In this document: one piece after another, positions 10,058 through 20,573 of the stretch
Layout of the letters: every line of letters begins with the position of its first letter
Position numbering within the stretch: position 1 is the stretch's first letter
NCBI GenBank assembly: GCA_963847455.1
Contig: CAWKAG010000034.1
Coordinates: forward strand, 126,604 to 190,603
DNA length: 64,000 nucleotides
Direction: 5' to 3'
DNA from: an uncultured Acidimicrobiia bacterium
GTDB lineage: Bacteria; Actinomycetota; Acidimicrobiia; Spongiisociales; JAENVV01
Position numbers and translations under genes: made by a program
The notes under the pieces: generated by a model
The model's input: only the letters and a program-made list of their open reading frames with translations
Databases searched by the model: none
Told to the model about the DNA's origin: nothing

Positions 10058-11476
10058 GTCGAGAGAGCTCTCGTAGAGCTTGATGAGCTTCTGGGACTCG
10101 ACCGTCCAGTTGTACTGACGGGCGGCAACCTTGGTTGCCTCCACGAACTGCTGTTTGTCAGCCAGGATGGTTCTGGCGGCCTCAGCGATGGCGGTCGGGT
10201 CGGCGGGATCGCAAGCGATGCCCACCTCCGTTTCTCGAACGACCCGTCCGATTTCGGGCGAGTCAGAACCGATCACCGGCACGTTGGCCATGATGTACTC
10301 AAAGAGTTTGTTCGGCAGGCAGGTGTAGTAGCTGATCGATGAGTTGATGATATTCGCCATCCCGATGTCGGCGGCGGCAGTCCAGAACAACAGTTCATGA
10401 TTGGGGATTGGCCCGAAAAACTTCACCCGATCGCCAATATTGCGCTTAACCACGTCGGCCTCTAGCGCTGGTCGGTGGTAGCCGTAGCCGACCACTACGA
10501 GAACGGCGTCATCGATCATCAGTGTCGCTTCCAGGGCCTGTTCGATGCCACGGTTCTCCTGGATCGAACCTTGATAAAGCAACAGCGGGACATCACGCGC
10601 GATCCCGAGTTCGGCCCTCAGGTCCCAGACCGGAACATGCTCGTCGTATTCGGGAACGTTTATGAGTTCGATCGAGAGTTCTGGAATCGATCCATAAAGC
10701 TTTTCAACGAATGGAATCCAATACGGGCTAGCCATGATGAGCGCATCAGCCTTGGGTAGTCCGCGCCGCTCATTCCACATCGCCCACTTACGCCACTTGC
10801 TGTCCATCCGGTTACGTTCGGTTGCCAACTCGTGCGAGTCGTAGACGAGCTTGGCTCCGGTGGCTTCGGCGCATTGCCAACCGATATAGAGGGTGTTGAG
10901 ATCGTGGGAGTGAAACACGTCTGGGTCGATCTCTAGTCCGATGGCGATCATCCGTTTGTTGATCGCCCACGTTTTGAGTGCCAGACCCTGACGTCCGAGT
11001 ACGGCTTTGACCGCTCGGAATCCGAAACGAGCGGTGTGCGCAAAGCCGCGCAAGATCGGGGTAGTTATCGCGGCCCATGTCTTGGTGGCGAGCGAGGCTT
11101 TCTCAACTGGGGTGGCGGTCGGACTTGGGGCGGCGGAGCGGTTGGCTCCCGGCGTGGCCGTCGAGGCCGGGACCACCGCGGATAGCTGGGCTTGTTTGGC
11201 GACGTCAACCGGTTCTCCGGTGAGTTTGGCGTGGCGGGTTTCGATGCTTCCTGCGTACCGACCGGCAACTTTGTTCAGGGTGGCCAGCCCAAAGTGCACC
11301 CGCGACACCCGGCGGACATGGATTCCATCCTGGGTGGTTTCCTGCTCGGCCGTTACCCCCGGCACGTGAATGGCGACGACGGTGACGTCGTGACCGGCCT
11401 CAATGAGGGTTCTGGCTTCTTTCGTGACCCTTGCGTCATATTCGAACGAGTTCTTCACGAACATGCAGATCTTCAT
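9674..11476 (-). CDS. Glycosyltransferase family 4 with a low-complexity insertion in the N-domain; the last ~125 codons of the ORF lie antisense within the M23 gene, so the true stop is uncertain
   Basis: The GT-B C-domain is LLLYQGSIQENRGIEQALEA...NKLFEYIMANVPVIGSD. The recognisable domain ends near 10060 (KLIKLYESS). The downstream ORF tail has no GT features and overlaps 8888-10057 on the opposite strand. Confidence 0.7.
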   Translation of the reverse strand: MKICMFVKNSFEYDARVTKEARTLIEAGHDVTVVAIHVPGVTAEQETTQDGIHVRRVSRVHFGLATLNKVAGRYAGSIETRHAKLTGEPVDVAKQAQLSAVVPASTATPGANRSAAPSPTATPVEKASLATKTWAAITTPILRGFAHTARFGFRAVKAVLGRQGLALKTWAINKRMIAIGLEIDPDVFHSHDLNTLYIGWQCAEATGAKLVYDSHELATERNRMDSKWRKWAMWNERRGLPKADALIMASPYWIPFVEKLYGSIPELSIELINVPEYDEHVPVWDLRAELGIARDVPLLLYQGSIQENRGIEQALEATLMIDDAVLVVVGYGYHRPALEADVVKRNIGDRVKFFGPIPNHELLFWTAAADIGMANIINSSISYYTCLPNKLFEYIMANVPVIGSDSPEIGRVVRETEVGIACDPADPTAIAEAARTILADKQQFVEATKVAARQYNWTVESQKLIKLYESSLDLTGFLQVDGPHHERGHFSPDQGSLRAETIILRWVAAQGHTNRGNRLDRTRKLAGIVIVEAVGAVRHGEPERSGQQFRHLFASQWSVRTVILLRTPERDTCLRKGVDVALEHRRSIVYEVVDLRGRKR

Positions 11477-12520
11477 GTCGTCGCCTCCCTGATCGTTTCC
11501 GCTGCCGACTTGAGACGGATCCGGAAGGTGGCGACAGCGTCGTCCATGGAAACAACGGCGGTGTCCTTGGTGGACTCCAGGTGGTTGACCATATCGTAGA
11601 GTCCTCCGAGATCGTTGGTGGCGAGAACGTAGTCCTCCATATTCACACTCTGGGCGAAATCTCGGACTTTCGGCCGGTACTCAAGGCCAATGAAGGGCGT
11701 GCCGGTCGCCGCAGCCAACACGGCGCCATGCAGCCGCTCGGACACAACGAGGCCCGATTCGGCCAGCAGTTGGACCGCCCCACTTTCGTCGGCGTACGCG
11801 GCCACGTACGGCAGTTCGGGATGTCCGGCCGCACGCATGATCTCGAATATCGGCCGGTCGTCGGCGGGGAAACACGACAGGAACCGGACGTCACGTCCAT
11901 CTGCGACAAGTCGACGAGTTAAGTCGGCGAGTGCCGAATACACGGCCTCGTCACTCTCGCCCCACAGCTCGCCGTTCGTCCGTGCCGGGCTGATGGTGAC
12001 CAGTCCCGGTATCTGTGGGCCCCGCATCGTCGGGTCGTTCAACCAGCAACGCTGGATCGCCAACGATTTCGAGATCGGTCTTGAGGCCCCAGTCGGTAAG
12101 GATCTGCGCCGAGGTCGGTCCTCGTACTCCGACGTAGGCGCAGGTCGATAGGAAATCAACCCACTGCTCGGCCGGCTCGGTCAAACCCCAGAAAGACGGG
12201 TTGGCGACCCCGGTGCCGAACACGGCTCGTTCGATCCTCGGGGAGTCTTTGGTCTGTAACCAATCCAGATAGACCTTGCGATTGATGAGGGTTCCACCGC
12301 CGAGCAGGAGCAGGCCGGTCGGATCGCCCGTCGTGGTGAAATCGCCCCAGTCCATCAGGTCGCGTCACCGCGTTGAGCATGATCTCGTCCCCGAAGTTCT
12401 CCTTCCCCACCCATCCGACGTAACGAATTTGGGGTCGGTCGGAATGTTGTGGATCAGGGCGAGTGGCTGTCTTGGGTGGTGTCTGGAATGACGACTTTGT
12501 GAGCCGCGCTTTGGCGAATC
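11473..12520 (-). pseudogene. Polysaccharide pyruvyl transferase (CsaB/PS_pyruv_trans-like) domain; it is read across 3 frames and is probably continuous with the upstream GT2 as a single fusion gene
   Basis: The N-terminal motif IRYVGWVGKENFGDEIML is at the 3' end of frame 12156-13121. LLLLGGGTLI...VGVRGPTSAQIL...GDPALL is in frame 11951-12355. ERLHGAVLAAATGTPFIGLEYRPKVRDF is in frame 11473-12159. The stop overlaps the start of the downstream GT4 (ATGA). Confidence 0.65.
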
Positions 12521-12724
12521 GACCGAGCGTGGGAATCGCCCTTACCGGATGGGCCTGGATCTCCGACACCAGCTTGCTCCGGTCGGATTCGTAGGCGGGA
12601 TAATCGATCGGCAGATCGTCAGCCGGGGCTCCACTCGGTAGAGCCACGAGCGCGTCGTTTAGATGGACGTTGTCGCCCCAACCCCGCACCGCCGTGAAAG
12701 CGCGTGTGGCCGTGTCGGCGCTAC

Positions 12725-14046
12725 TCAGCGCTTTGGCCCATTCTCTTGATCGCACCCAGGTGAAGAGCGGGAGACCAGACGGTGCCCAGGCTGCGTCGAT
12801 GGCTGCGGTGTCCGACTCGTTTTGGTAGGCAAGCGGTCCGTCGGGTCCCGGGACCTGATAGCCAATCGAAGCCGATGCCAAACGCGGTCGGCTATCGAAG
12901 CGCCTAACCAATCTACCCCCGAGCCGGTGGTCGGGGGTGGCCCATCCGTGCAAGGTGGCCACATATTGGCCACGAGCCTTGCCAAGGGCTTCCTCAAGGG
13001 TGCCGCCAGGGTTACTCGCGGGTCGGCTTCGTTGGCAGCCGCGAAACGGTCGAGGGCTTCGGATTCGCCTGCCCAGATGGTCTCGAAGTCGGTGAAGTTC
13101 TGGCGGCGCAGGACGGTCCACAGCGCCTCGATTCTCGCGTCAACCACCGGTGAGATCACCCAGGTGACTTTGGGGCGCACGTACAGGTGTCCCTCGACGG
13201 ATCTCCGATAGAAACGGTGCGGGATCCGGTTGATGATCTGGGCATCGTTTTCTTGTCTTGCCGCGTCGCGCCAGCCGGCTTCGTCATCGATCTGTGTCTG
13301 ATGAAACATGATGGCTTCGTCCTCGGGGACGATGAAGGCACCGGCTTCTGAGAGTCGCCAACCCAACTCTGTGTCTTCGCCACCCCAACGGTTGAATGAC
13401 TCGTCGAAGCCGCCAACTGCCAGGAATAGCTCTTTTGCACCGAGAAGTTGCTCGACACGAGCGCCCGGAAAGCTTCGTCGCCGAACCGCAATCTGGTCGA
13501 CCGTCGGTAGAACTTCAGCCGAAAATCCTCGGAGGCGGCGACGTCGACGCTGAACGGTATGCCGTCTGCGATGAGCGTGTCGACGGTGATCGCTGTCGTA
13601 TCGACATGGTGGCGGGAGCCGATAACCACGAGGTTGCTAGCCCGGTTGTGCCAGATGGCATGCCGGGTCAGGAGGTCGGGCGCCGGCATACAATCGGCGT
13701 CGAGGAAGACCAGAACCGATCCCGATGCGTGTTTGGCTCCCAGGTTTCTTGCCCGACCGGCCCCATACCCTTCGTGCTCCTGTCGAACGACCGTCACCGC
13801 CAGGTCGGTGCGCCCAGCAATCCCGGCCACTGCGACCCCAATGTCTTCATCCGATCCGTCATCGGCGACCACGACATCCCAGTTTCCCCGGTAATCCTGG
13901 TGGGCCAGAGCGGCGAGAGTCCTTTGGAGAAGCTCGGCCCGATTGAAGACGGGGATCACCACGGTGACCACTGGCAGGTCAGCGTCGCTCTCGACATTCA
14001 GGAGAGGGGCGTAGTCGTTCTCGGGACCGGTGAATGGGTGCATCAT
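12725..14046 (-). pseudogene. Glycosyltransferase family 2 domain, frameshifted near 13330; its frame then runs without a stop into the pyruvyltransferase N-terminus
   Basis: VTVVIPVFNRAELLQRTLAALAHQDY...VVADDGSDED and FLDADC are in frame 13156-14046. The GT2 C-terminal motif (GEDTELGWRLSEAGAFIVPEDEAIMFHQ) is in frame 12725-13366. Frame 12156-13121 then links through to the CsaB-like domain. Confidence 0.65.
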
Positions 14047-14341
14047 CAGGTGGCGCGGTAGCTCGCAGCTTTCAGATCGATTCGTATGAGTGTGCCCGAC
14101 TCGGTGATTTCGGCTTGCGGCTGGTGAGCAGCAAGGTAGGCATCAAGGGCTAGTCGGTCGGGCGCATGAGCATAGATGTAGCGCCTCGCCGCCAGGAGAA
14201 TAGCCTCCGGGGGAGTGGTGCCGCGAAACGCCACTGCCTCATAGGAGCCAGGACTTGGCGTCGGCGACGTTGTCCCACACTTCTCGTCCGGGCAGCGTCA
14301 ACGCCGTGCCAGGTGCGGTCAGCACTCGCTGCACCTCGACG

Positions 14342-15770
14342 TCACGGTCGATGAAGGACTGCAAGTGGGTCCTCTGCGGGAAGTCGATCGGCGGGCGGTG
14401 GAACCTTTTCGGCGGCTTTGAGACCGGCCATGAGTTCGTCGACCCGGTGGTCATAGAGGTGGGCGCCGGCCACATGGGACCGTGCTTGGTCGACGATCCG
14501 TTGCATGCGATCTTGATCGGCCAGGAGCGACTGGAACTGGTCGACGAAGTCAGTTTCGAGATGTAGGAAGTGTTCACCGGGCGTCAAGATTTGGTCTAAG
14601 CCAGGGATGGGCTGGGTCACCAACAGCGCTCCTGCCCCGATGGCTTCGAGCACGCGCATCGTTATGGGGAAGTGGCGCGTTCCGCCTTCGTTCGGGATGA
14701 TGCGGGCTTGCTCATAGAGCTCAGCCATGCGAGAAGCCGATACGCCCTCCTCAAAAGCAGTCGAAGGTAGGGCAGCTTCAAGGCTGGTCGTTAGGTGGCC
14801 CCGGAACGCGTAGGGCCCGCCTCCCCGAATGTAGGCGCCCACCATTGCGACGTCGTACCGGCGGGCGGCGATTGGCGTTGATCCATCGAAGAGGTCGGGT
14901 GCCATCCCGAACGGGAAGCGCTGGACCGGCTGGCGAAAGAAATGGGCGAGGTGCCACGAGTGCGCCAGGAGGATCAAGTCGGCCCGATATCGGTCGGCGA
15001 GTCGCAGGTTGGCAGCGAGGTGGTGTTCACCGTGATGCGCCCAGAACCCGATCGGGATGGGTGGCGTTGCGCCGCTTACCTGGATCTCCGGGTAGGGGCC
15101 TTCGACGAAGAGAATCGCGTTGGTGTCAGGCGCCAGGGTGTTGAAGTCGACGGCGTCGGTGTATAGGTCGACTGCGACCCCAGCGCGCTTGAGGGCCGCC
15201 TCAAGATACTTGCCGGGGTTGGAGTCGGTCTTGCGGTAGGCCAGAGCGATCCGGGTCCCCGCGTGGCGCCCGGGGGCGGGCCGGTATGGCTCCGGACTGG
15301 CTCTCGGGGGTGTGAAACGGTAATCCGGTCCGGATCGGTCGGCTCGCCGAGGGGGTTGACGGGGCCATGTCGATGAGATCCAGTGGTCCAGCTGGATTCC
15401 ATTGGGGGGCTCTCGCTACGAAGGCAGATGTCTGAGCTGCCGCTTCGGCAGCCACCTGAACCGCTGCTTCGGTGGTCGGCACAATCAATTCTGGATCGGA
15501 CTCGACCGTCCGCCGAACGAGAGCCGAATCGCGCCGTGAGTTGCGTGATATCTGCGTCTGAAGCTTCCTTAACAAACGATCGCGAAGCGAGGTTCCCGGC
15601 GGCTGGTTTGGGGATACGAGTGCCTCGTCGAAGGGCCGATCCAAGTCACCGTTTTGATGGCCGATTCGGACTAACGTGACGTCGTGTCCTGCGCGCGTCA
15701 GCTGTTCAATAAGGACCCGTGCTCGGGGGTCGTTTTGATAGTCGTTGACCGCAAGAACCGTGATCCGCAT
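14342..15770 (-). pseudogene. Second CgeB-like glycosyltransferase: an N-terminal Rossmann-like domain in one frame and DUF3880/Glyco_trans_1_2 in another
   Basis: The 5' frame (15201-15770) is MRITVLAVNDYQNDPRARVLIEQLTRAGHDVTLV. The 3' frame is open from about 15410 to 14342 (TRIALAYRKTDSNPGKYLEAALKRAGVAVDLY...RVLEAIGAGALLVTQP). It has no ATG/GTG/TTG start before 14977. The frames switch near 15250. Confidence 0.45.
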
Positions 15771-15824
15771 GGAGGAGCATGGTACCCGGGCTGACGAGAG
15801 GAGTCCCCGTCGAGCGATGCGCCG

Positions 15825-16857
15825 CTAGCTGAGTGCCCTGCGCAAGAACGCCGCGATCTGGCCTCTGGTCAGCGTTCCCTCGGGGCAGAAGCGATCGTTG
15901 CTCGGCGGGTTACATCCCTTGGTGATACCGGATACGCCCAGCGCGTTGATGTCCGTCTGATGCACCGAGTTGGTGTCGTCACCGAACTGATCGGCGACGT
16001 TGGTTGACAGGCCGAGGGCCCGCACGAAGAAACTTGCCATTTGCCCACGGGTGAGCGTCTGCTGTTCACAGAAGAAGGTGTTGGCGGGCGGATTACACCC
16101 GAGAGTGATACCGGCCTCAGCGACGGCGTTGATGTTCGCCTCGTGGGGTGATCCGTCGTCGTCGGTGAAGAAATCTGTGCCGGTGCTCGGAAGGTCAAGC
16201 GCCAATGCCATCATGGTCGCCATTTCACCACGGGTAACCGGCCGATTCGGGCAATACGAGCTGGAATCGCAGCCAAGGGCGATGCCACTCGAGACCAGCC
16301 AGGCGATGTCGTCGGCGAAGACGGTGTTGGATGCGTCGTTGGCGGAACTCAGGAGGGAGAGGCTGGTCAGTGGTTCGGCGTCGGCCGCACTGCCCCGGGC
16401 TTTCATGAAGATGACCGTGATGAAGGTCTGTCCGTTGCTCGGCGGTCTTGGTCGAGACCCCGATGTGGGACCAGTCGCCGAGGATGTTGGCCCGATGGCC
16501 CGGCGAGTCCATAAAGGCATTGTGGAGGACCGGGATGTTCGGGCCCATCCCGACGTTTTCGCCAAGGCTCGACCATCCACTGCTTACGATCTTGCTGAGG
16601 TCGGCCGTATGGAAGATGGTTCCCCTGGCGACCTGACGGGCAGTCTGGACCGATGCATCGTCCTCGAGATCCCAGTGACGGGTGAGACCGGGCAGGCCGT
16701 TCGCCGCTCGTTCTCCGTTGATGAGGTCGATCATGTCGCCGTCCTGAATCGGGGATGCGACCGCAGGGAGTGGTGTCGGGATGATCGAAAGCGCGAGGAA
16801 GGCGGTCAGCGCAACCGCCGTCAGGTAGATTCCCCTACGCCCAAAGGAAAACTTCAT
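15825..16857 (-). pseudogene. Secreted CAP/SCP (YkwD-like) domain protein with four C-terminal SLH-like repeats; one frame change near 16430
   Basis: The signal peptide and CAP motifs (HWDLEDDASVQTARQ, GENVGMGPN, SPGHRANIL) are in frame 16225-16857. Four GCNPP/GCDSS-type repeats are in frame 15825-16580. Confidence 0.65.
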
Positions 16858-16933
16858 AGAGTGGTTATCGGTCCGGCGGCCGGAATACTTAAGGCTCAGG
16901 TAGGAACAATCTCACCGATAGTGTTGACCATCA

Positions 16934-18580
16934 TGTTTCGATTTACGACAGGAATCACGACTGCTCTAGCGATCCTTGCCTTGACGGCACTTGTGGCAGG
17001 TGCCGTCCCGCCCGGTGGCACGTTCATCGATGACGACGGCAACGTCCACGAGGCCAACATTGAGGCGCTCGCGTGCTGCTGGCATTACTCGCGGATGTAA
17101 TCCGCCAGTTGGTGATCGTTTCTGTCCCGATGGGACCGTGACCCGGGGCGAAATGGCGGCATTCTTGTCCCGGGCGCTCGGGCTGACCGAGCGAGCGTCT
17201 GATCCGTTCGGCGATGATGACGGTACGTTGTTTGAGGCCGACATCGAACGGATTGCGGCGGCCGGTATCACTCGCGGTTGTAATCCGCCCGCCAACGACC
17301 AGTTTTGTCCGACCCGGCCGGTCACGAGAGCCGAGATGGCAGCGTTTCTGGTGCGCGCCTATGGCTATAGCGACCGGGCCGACGGACGGTTCACGGACGA
17401 CGACGGCTCCATCTTCGAAGCAGATATTGAGCGCCTGGCAGCGGCCGGCGTCACCTTGGGATGTAACCCACCGGTGAACGATCGCTACTGCCCGTCCAAG
17501 CGGGTGAGGCGAGATGAAATGGCTAGCTTCCTCGTCCGGGCCGAAGGCTTGACCCCGATCCCGGTCCCGCCCCGGTTGACGCCAACGTTGGACGCCCTCC
17601 CGTTTTCTTTCGACGCACCGATCCAGGTGACCGGCCCGCCAGGGGACGGTCGGGTTTTTGTGGTCGAACGATCTGGCAAGGTCCGGGTCATCAGCGACGG
17701 CAAACTGCTTACCGACCCTTTGATAGATCTAACGGGCATGGTTATCCAGGGCGGCGAACGGGGACTGCTTGGCCTGGCTTTTCACCCCGACTTCGCTACC
17801 AACGGACTGGTTTACGTCTCGTACTCCGCGGAGACCTCGTCACTCTCGGCCGACCACGCTTCGGTGGTGGAAGAGTTCAAGGTGTCCGGTGACCAGGTCG
17901 GTCCCAGCTCGGGTCGGGTTGTTTTTACGACCTTGCAGCCTTATGCCAATCACAACGGCGGCATGATCATGTTCGGTCCCGACGGGTACCTGTATCTGGG
18001 TCTTGGCGACGGCGGCTCGGCTTTTGATCCCGACCGAAACGGTCAGAACGCCAAGACTGCCCTTGGCTCGATGGTCCGCATCGACACGGTCAACACCACG
18101 TCGAGTAATTGGGCGATCGGCCTGCGCAACCCCTGGCGGTGGTGGATTGATGGATCCGACATGTATATCGCCGATGTCGGACAAGGTTCGCGCGAGGAGA
18201 TCTCGGTGGTCTCGACGACGGATACCGGTTTGAATCTCGGCTGGGTGCGATTCGAGGGCAGCCAGTGCACCGGGCTCGGCAGCTGCAGCACCAGCGGCCT
18301 GACGTTTCCCGTTTTGGAATATACCCACGCTGAGGGTTGCTCCATCACCGGAGGGGTGGTGTACCGGGGTGATCTGACCCAATTGAATGGACACTTCCTC
18401 TACGGCGATTACTGCTCTGGCTGGATTCGCTCGATCCGGGTCGTCGGAGGGTCAGTTGTTGCCGAGGGTGACCTCTCTACGCTCGGGTCAAGCTTTGGAC
18501 TCGTGTCTTTTGGTCAGGACGGTCTTGGGAATACTTACGTCATCCGCGGCGGAACTGTCTACGAACTCGTCGGGCGATGA
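16934..18580 (+). pseudogene. Secreted protein with three SLH-like repeats fused to a glucose/sorbosone-dehydrogenase-like (PQQ-dependent) beta-propeller; one frame change near 17075
   Basis: The signal peptide MFRFTTGITTALAILALTALVAGA and the first half-repeat are in the frame ending at 17100. The remainder is in frame 16991-18580, with GSDH motifs (GDGRVFVVERSGKVRVI, GGERGLLGLAFHPDF, YANHNGGMIMFGPDGYLYLGLGDGGS). Confidence 0.7.
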
Positions 18581-18654
18581 TGCCGACATTCGGATTGATG
18601 GCAATAAGTTTGTACAGTGACTCTGTCCTGGGCGGGCGGAATCCGACCTGAGGA

Positions 18655-20548
18655 GTTGTGTTGAAACACAGAAGGATCCTTCTCCTTTTTGTCATGGTCG
18701 TGAGCACGCTGGTTCCGGCGATTCCTGCGCAAGCTCAGACCTATCACCCCAACGGTGACGTTCACGGGTGGTGGGTACGGGCACGCCATCGGGATGAGTC
18801 AGTACGGCGCCAATGCCATGGCTTCCGAGGGTATGACCACGGCAGACATCATCAACTACTACTACACAAACGTTGCGACCGTGAGCCACACCGCTCTCTA
18901 CGAATCGCCACATCCGCTGAGTTCTGCAAACCCGAACATCTGGGTCGGGCTGGCTCAGGATGTGAACTCGATCACGTTTTCGGTCCCGGCTGACGCCAGG
19001 CGGGCCGGTAGATCTGTGTCAAGCGAACGACGGCGGCTTGCCGTGCCCCCGCGAGGAGGCAATCCCTCAGCCAGGTGATGTGTGGGAGTTGCGACGTGCC
19101 GAAGGGGTGACCAACAAATGTCGAATTCCGTCGGATCAGCCCGACCGCGACAGACGTTTACGACAGGAGACTGCCGAGCCAGCGCCACGCTGGGGTGGGT
19201 CGGGGCAGTGCCGAATACATCAATGTGGACGGTACGGATTACCGGCATGGAACGTTGCGCATGCGTCAGGGGACGTCCAGGTAACAACCGGCCAATTCCA
19301 CGTTTCGCTCGAGCTTCCGATCGAGGAGTACTTGCTCGGATTGCGTGAGGTGCCGTTGAGTTGGCCAAACGCGGCACTGGAGGCCCAGGTTGTCACCGGC
19401 CGCACGTACGCCCTTGAGAAATTCAGCCGTTTCTACGACGCGACTCGACAACCGGGAACTACGACTTCATCAAGAACTTCCGGCGGTCCTATTGCTACTG
19501 CCATGTCCTTGACAGCACCCTTGATCAGAACTACCGAGGCATGGACAACGAGCAACTCAACGGCGACTCGTATCCGTCTTGGGTTCTGGCGATCGCGAGT
19601 ACGTCAGTCCGACGTGATTGCCTATCAAGGCGCGTCTGATCCAGGCGTTCTATTCGTCGTCGACGGGTGGCAACACTGAGGATAGCGAAGACGTCTTTGT
19701 GGCGGCGCTTCCGTACTCCAGGTCGGTTCCCGATCCCTGGTCATTGACCTCGGCGAATCCGAAGGCAGCGTGGACGAACACTGTCACAGCGACGAAAGAT
19801 CGCTTCGGTGTACGGATTCTCTGAGATCAGCAATGTCACGTTGGTGAACCCGGCTCCGAATGCGTATATGACCATCACCGGCACCAAGAACGGATCCCAG
19901 GTCACAGAGAGCGTGAGCATCGCCAAGAAGTACGCACAGTTGGGGCTGTCGGCCCCGTCGGTCTCGGGGTTGTCCTATGACCCTTACGGTGGCGAGAGTC
20001 CGTATGCGTTTACCGATATCAGTAACTCGGTTCATTGGCAGGACATCAACGAGATTGCCGAGCGAGGCATAACGCTCGGATGCAACCCGCCGTCCAACAC
20101 ATTGTTCTGTCCAACCCGTGAGGTGACCAGGGGACAGATGGCCGCGTTCCTGACTCGCACGCTCGGGTTGGTCGAGCGGGCACCAGACCCGTTCACCGAC
20201 GACGACGGCACGTTGTTTGAGGCAGACATCGAACGGATCGCCGCCGCTGGTATAACCCTGGGCTGTAATCCGCCGGCCAACGACCGCTTCTGTCCCGATC
20301 GTTTTGTTACCCGCGCCCAGATGGCGGCGTTTCTCAGCCGGGCGTACGAACTTGTTGAGCGGGCCCCTGATCCGTTCGTCGACGATGACGGCTTGATCTT
20401 CGAAGCGGACATCGAACGGTTGGCCGCCGCCGGTATCACGCTTGGCTGTAATCCTCCCGCCAATGACCGGTTCTGTCCCAACAACATCGTCCTTCGACAA
20501 CAGATGGCGTCATTCCTGATCAGAGCCATCAATTACGAGGGCGGCTAG
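18655..20548 (+). pseudogene. SpoIID/LytB-family domain protein with three C-terminal SLH-like repeats; at least 3 frame changes and an unusual motif order
   Basis: It has a signal peptide (MLKHRRILLLFVMVVSTLVPAIPAQA) followed by GGGYGHAIGMSQYGA...INYYY (18755-18900). EEYLLGLREVPLSWPNAALEAQVVTGRTYAL lies at 19320-19440 and FYSSSTGGNTEDSEDVF...PYSRSVPDPW at 19640-19740. The frame from 19808 carries three GCNPP repeats. Confidence 0.5.
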
Positions 20549-20573
20549 CGACACACCGCTAGCATCCGCCTTC

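Noticed and set aside
13396-14061. 221-aa plus-strand ORF
   Set aside because: It is antisense to the conserved GT2 N-terminal domain (VIPVFNR...DDGSDED). It shows no motifs and has typical high-GC shadow-ORF composition.
16991-20532. Tandem ~150-nt units that could superficially look like a CRISPR-like or satellite array
   Set aside because: The units are in-frame protein repeats (SLH-like modules) with degenerate third positions and no unique spacers. 20032-20532 (-) and similar long antisense ORFs are mirror images of these repeats.
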